From the IMG/VR virus record IMGVR_UViG_3300031783_000001: a stretch of 64,000 nt of DNA; one strand, 5' to 3'. Shown one piece after another: positions 60,347 through 64,000 of this stretch. The position numbers were made by a program, and so were the translations under genes. The notes beneath the pieces are model-generated. The model worked only from the letters and a program-made list of their open reading frames with translations, did no database searches and was not told the origin of the DNA. Source of the stretch: an uncultured virus (IMG/VR IMGVR_UViG_3300031783_000001). Lineage: Duplodnaviria; Heunggongvirae; Uroviricota; Caudoviricetes. How positions within the stretch are numbered: the stretch's first letter is position 1; the number at the start of each line of letters is the position of its first letter.

Positions 60347-63313
60347 ATGTCAGAATTATTTCCTGAGATTACACAGGGAGAAGGGCAATGTGTATTTAGG
60401 ATACGAACCGGCCTACCCTTCCCAGGTCAATTAGAACCATGGATAAAACAACCTTATATAGTCAACCTCTTCCTCAGCCTACCTTATCAAGGTATACTAA
60501 ATACACTTATAAGAATAGGAGATACCATAAAGGGTCGCATTGAAAATGTTATAAAAGTTTTTCAAAAACCCAATAGTACTGGTGAGTTAATACAAAACAT
60601 AACTTTAGCTATTAGAGATTTAGCTACTTTAGCCGATGAGGTTTTGTATTATATAAATATATTTCGCAACCCAGAGATGATTCCTACTGTTTATATAGAC
60701 CCTGAATTACCACTTGGATTTTATATAGCTATTAGCATACCGATAAAGCCCTCCGAGTATGACGTAGCTAAGAATGCTTTACTATTAGATAGGCTGCTTT
60801 ATCAGCCCGGTAATCCTAAAGCTAGAATGTTTATAAAGCAAGTAAATAACGATGAAAGTTACGAAATGCCTAGCAACCCAATCGTAGAAAAAGCTAAAAA
60901 GAAAATAAGGGAACAAATAAAAGGTTATATTAAAAATCAACTAAATTTACCTGACAGACTGCAGCAAGCTACTCAAGGTATATTAGATATTAATCAGCTT
61001 TGGGATTATAGTCAGTTAAAGGGTTTATCTATATACGACTCAGTATTCTTCTATTGGAAGGGACATATAGCGGAAGATCTTACAGTTGATGCTAATCGCG
61101 TTCGTTCGTTTCTTGATTTAGAAACTCGTATTATTCGTGCCGGAAGTGACATATTTACAACTCAGGTAGACGATAACACGGGCGCTATCGTAACTAAGGT
61201 ACCAGAAGACAGACTATATACTATAAGAGAGACAGTGCAAAATACAGATGAGGACGAATACAAGGAGCGCTTCTTAGGTATCAGTAAAAATAACGATTAT
61301 AAAACTATTAGTCAATACACACAGCAACTTATAAACGTCGCTTTTGGTGTGATGAGGCCAAGAGACATTAAGACACAACATATTTATCAATGGTTTGGCC
61401 TTATGTATGTACCGCTATTACCGTATAGAGATACAAGACCCAAATCACTCGTAGATAAAACTATGTACGAAAATCCGCATCTTATCGTAAAAGATTATAA
61501 AAGATATCGCGAATTGCAAGACGAACTACTAGAAAGCTATATGACTAATCAAAATGTAGAAGATGTTAAGAAACGCATGAAGCAATACATCAGCCAATCC
61601 GAGTGCCTAAGAGAAGAACTAGTGGATGCTGGACTAACAATAACAGAGGAAGATATTGTAACAAACGAGGAGATAGCAGCTGAAGAAAGTAACAGACAAG
61701 GGATGATTACAGGGCAGCTAAGTAATATCCCATCAATTGGTCAAAATCTTCCGGCAACTACCACTACTAATGTAATGGCTTCAGAACTCAACTACGTGCC
61801 CAAAGTAGCAAAGTTTATAGACCCCAATACTAAAAATCTCGACCAGTCTAGCAACTTTGCAGAAAAAGTTACCTATTATAGCATTAGTAAAACTAAGTTT
61901 ATAAAAGAGTTCATGTCAACAGGTCAAGTAAATAACAAAAATCAGGACATAACAGTTAAGGATTATGCTGATTATCTAAGTAAGATATTTTTCGGAGGGA
62001 ACGACAGTTTAGTAAGTATGTTGAACTATTTGAGAAACTATTACGATAGTTTCCGAGAAGCAGCTGCAAGAAGCGCAATAGTTTACAATATGGATACCAC
62101 TGATGAATACGTAAAAGATATGACTGAATACTTTAATAGAACAGGAGATGAGAAAGAATTAAAAGAATTAAGAAAGATAGTTGAGACATATTGCAACGAC
62201 CCCAAAAATAATGAAAACACGAAAGAAGTTCAAGATTTATTATCCATGCCCGAGCGTATTCAAGGTCGTATGCCCATCGTAGAAGACATAGTATCCGAAA
62301 GTGTATTCAAGGCTTTTGTCTATTACCAATTGATAAATGCATTGGTGGGTACTAGTGTAAGTAATACAACACATTATATTGTAAGCTTGGAGCCATTTAC
62401 TGAGCATATTCCTAATCTTCCGCTTTTAGTAAAGCTAAATTTTGACGACATGCAAAGAGAGCTATTCGCTACGGTGGCGGGTACGGATAGATATGATAGA
62501 TATGAAAAGATGATGCGAGAGTACCCGGATAGATTTCTGACAAAAGGCGGATTTTCTATATACAGAGACTTCCTGCCCATTAAGAGCTTAAGTGTAGAAT
62601 ACGAAGATATAGAGACTGCAAGTATAGAAATATTTGGACATTCTTTTAGTTTACCTGGTAGTTGGAATAGTCTTAAGCCACAGGTTTCTATGGAAGTTCA
62701 TGATTTTGCCGGACGCCCATTCGCAAGATATATGCAAACATACAGAAAACTAGTCTTTAGAAATAACGGAACATGGCCTATCATGCACATGGCTTTCATA
62801 TTAGACATTGTGGGTATAGATAATACTCTTACAATCACAGACCTTATGAGCCTGTTGGTAGTACCAAGAAGTATCAACATACCAGCCATAGATTACGATA
62901 GCTCGGAAGATTTTACAACACCACAACCAGTGAGAATAGATTTTGAAGTGATAGGTTTTGTGGATTACGTAGATACAGCCCTAATTAATGTAGCAGCAGT
63001 AGGTAAATTTAATGTTATAGACCACATTAGTTTTAATCGCATAGCCGATCCTAATAATATTTTATCTAACTGGTATCATACACAGAATTTCAATCCTGCC
63101 CCTGCTAAATATGCATTGTATTCTCGTAACTACGATAAGCATCTCGCCTTGCGGGATATTCGTAAGTGTCGTCTTATGGATATGCGAATGCGGACTGGAC
63201 GTACGGCTCATCTAGTAGAGGGCGACCCACAAATCAGAAACATTAAAGTCTTCGAGCCAGAAATAGGAGGCCGCAGTACAGACTGGGCATATAAACCACG
63301 AGAAAAAAGATAA
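60347..63313 (+). CDS. Large probable virion protein with a C-terminal tail-tube-like segment
   Basis: 988 aa; LPIKSLSVEYEDIETASIEIFGHSFSLPG...VSMEVHD...YMQTYRKLV resembles the gp19/gp54 tube-fold pattern; weak evidence. Confidence 0.6.
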   Translation: MSELFPEITQGEGQCVFRIRTGLPFPGQLEPWIKQPYIVNLFLSLPYQGILNTLIRIGDTIKGRIENVIKVFQKPNSTGELIQNITLAIRDLATLADEVLYYINIFRNPEMIPTVYIDPELPLGFYIAISIPIKPSEYDVAKNALLLDRLLYQPGNPKARMFIKQVNNDESYEMPSNPIVEKAKKKIREQIKGYIKNQLNLPDRLQQATQGILDINQLWDYSQLKGLSIYDSVFFYWKGHIAEDLTVDANRVRSFLDLETRIIRAGSDIFTTQVDDNTGAIVTKVPEDRLYTIRETVQNTDEDEYKERFLGISKNNDYKTISQYTQQLINVAFGVMRPRDIKTQHIYQWFGLMYVPLLPYRDTRPKSLVDKTMYENPHLIVKDYKRYRELQDELLESYMTNQNVEDVKKRMKQYISQSECLREELVDAGLTITEEDIVTNEEIAAEESNRQGMITGQLSNIPSIGQNLPATTTTNVMASELNYVPKVAKFIDPNTKNLDQSSNFAEKVTYYSISKTKFIKEFMSTGQVNNKNQDITVKDYADYLSKIFFGGNDSLVSMLNYLRNYYDSFREAAARSAIVYNMDTTDEYVKDMTEYFNRTGDEKELKELRKIVETYCNDPKNNENTKEVQDLLSMPERIQGRMPIVEDIVSESVFKAFVYYQLINALVGTSVSNTTHYIVSLEPFTEHIPNLPLLVKLNFDDMQRELFATVAGTDRYDRYEKMMREYPDRFLTKGGFSIYRDFLPIKSLSVEYEDIETASIEIFGHSFSLPGSWNSLKPQVSMEVHDFAGRPFARYMQTYRKLVFRNNGTWPIMHMAFILDIVGIDNTLTITDLMSLLVVPRSINIPAIDYDSSEDFTTPQPVRIDFEVIGFVDYVDTALINVAAVGKFNVIDHISFNRIADPNNILSNWYHTQNFNPAPAKYALYSRNYDKHLALRDIRKCRLMDMRMRTGRTAHLVEGDPQIRNIKVFEPEIGGRSTDWAYKPREKR

Positions 63314-63318
63314 AACTA

Positions 63319-64000
63319 ATGTATAACCTCCAATTTGGTACTGAAGGCGCATTTCTGAGTATAACTATCAGGTTAGACAACCAAAATCTGAAGAGTTACA
63401 CAATAGGCGATAGATATAATGTAGAATCATTGTATCTTAAACACCCAACATTAGGAGAATACGACCTATCAGGTGTTTGGTACATATATAACATTGCTTT
63501 TGAAGGACCAAGCCCATATATGATAACTCTTCGTCTCATACGGAACGGCTCTAAACACTGCCTACCAGGCGACGGAACATCTATACCAGTATCACAAGTA
63601 GAATCTCTATTCGGGATAAAAAACTATAAAGCGGAAGAAGACTTTTTTATTACCTTGCGAACAGATAAGACTGCATACTACTCTATAGTGAGAGCATCTT
63701 ATAGGCTCAAGTACAAAGCGTTGCCAATATTCATGCCCGATGGCAGCCTAAAAATAGTCAACTTTAACGACAGACCTATCGTAGAACCTCTCCTCTACCA
63801 TACTATAACCGCCGAAAAGGCCACCCTCTCATTCCAAAAAGGTTCTAAAGGTATAGAAGAATATCCAACCGCAACTTATATACTAGATTACTTCCAAGTT
63901 CAAAACTTGTATTACCCAGCAGGTGCTATTATAAAATACGACATAAATACTAGACAAGCTATTATAGTCAGTGATATATCGGTTAACATCATACACGGGC
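63319..64000 (+). CDS. Hypothetical protein (possibly baseplate hub-like), partial at the window end
   Basis: Manual translation MYNLQFGTEGAFLSITIRLD... stays open to 64000. Confidence 0.65.
   Translation, partial: MYNLQFGTEGAFLSITIRLDNQNLKSYTIGDRYNVESLYLKHPTLGEYDLSGVWYIYNIAFEGPSPYMITLRLIRNGSKHCLPGDGTSIPVSQVESLFGIKNYKAEEDFFITLRTDKTAYYSIVRASYRLKYKALPIFMPDGSLKIVNFNDRPIVEPLLYHTITAEKATLSFQKGSKGIEEYPTATYILDYFQVQNLYYPAGAIIKYDINTRQAIIVSDISVNIIHG

Overview
This window looks like part of a large, AT-rich tailed phage genome (probably a jumbo myovirus) or a phage-like element. It encodes a DnaE polymerase, a primary-type sigma-70 factor lacking region 1.1, two tRNAs (CAU and Arg-UCU), scattered baseplate/neck/tail-like genes, an M16 peptidase and a 1974-aa metallopeptidase-VWA protein. 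The sigma, the M16 peptidase, TAnnTTT-like promoters and the general lack of Shine-Dalgarno sites hint at a Bacteroidota/FCB-type host (inference). The left part holds a cluster of orphan DNA methyltransferases (at least 7 genes or pseudogenes in the window, no cognate endonuclease seen). Two unrelated TnpB systems pervade the window. (1) An IS605/IS1341-type TnpB has two intact copies, each bracketed by an inverted pair of its ~60-bp right-end/omegaRNA sequence. The same end sequences also follow or bracket non-TnpB genes, notably four ~680-750-aa paralogues of unknown function, and one copy is fused to a tRNA while another forms a repeat-spacer-repeat. (2) An IS607-like TnpB, split at a -1 slippery heptamer, has three ~400-bp mini-elements that inserted at GAGG and carry a promoter-driven omegaRNA with a different guide each. 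Two promoter classes at fixed spacing to start codons are visible. All functional calls come from motif recognition by eye; no searches were run.
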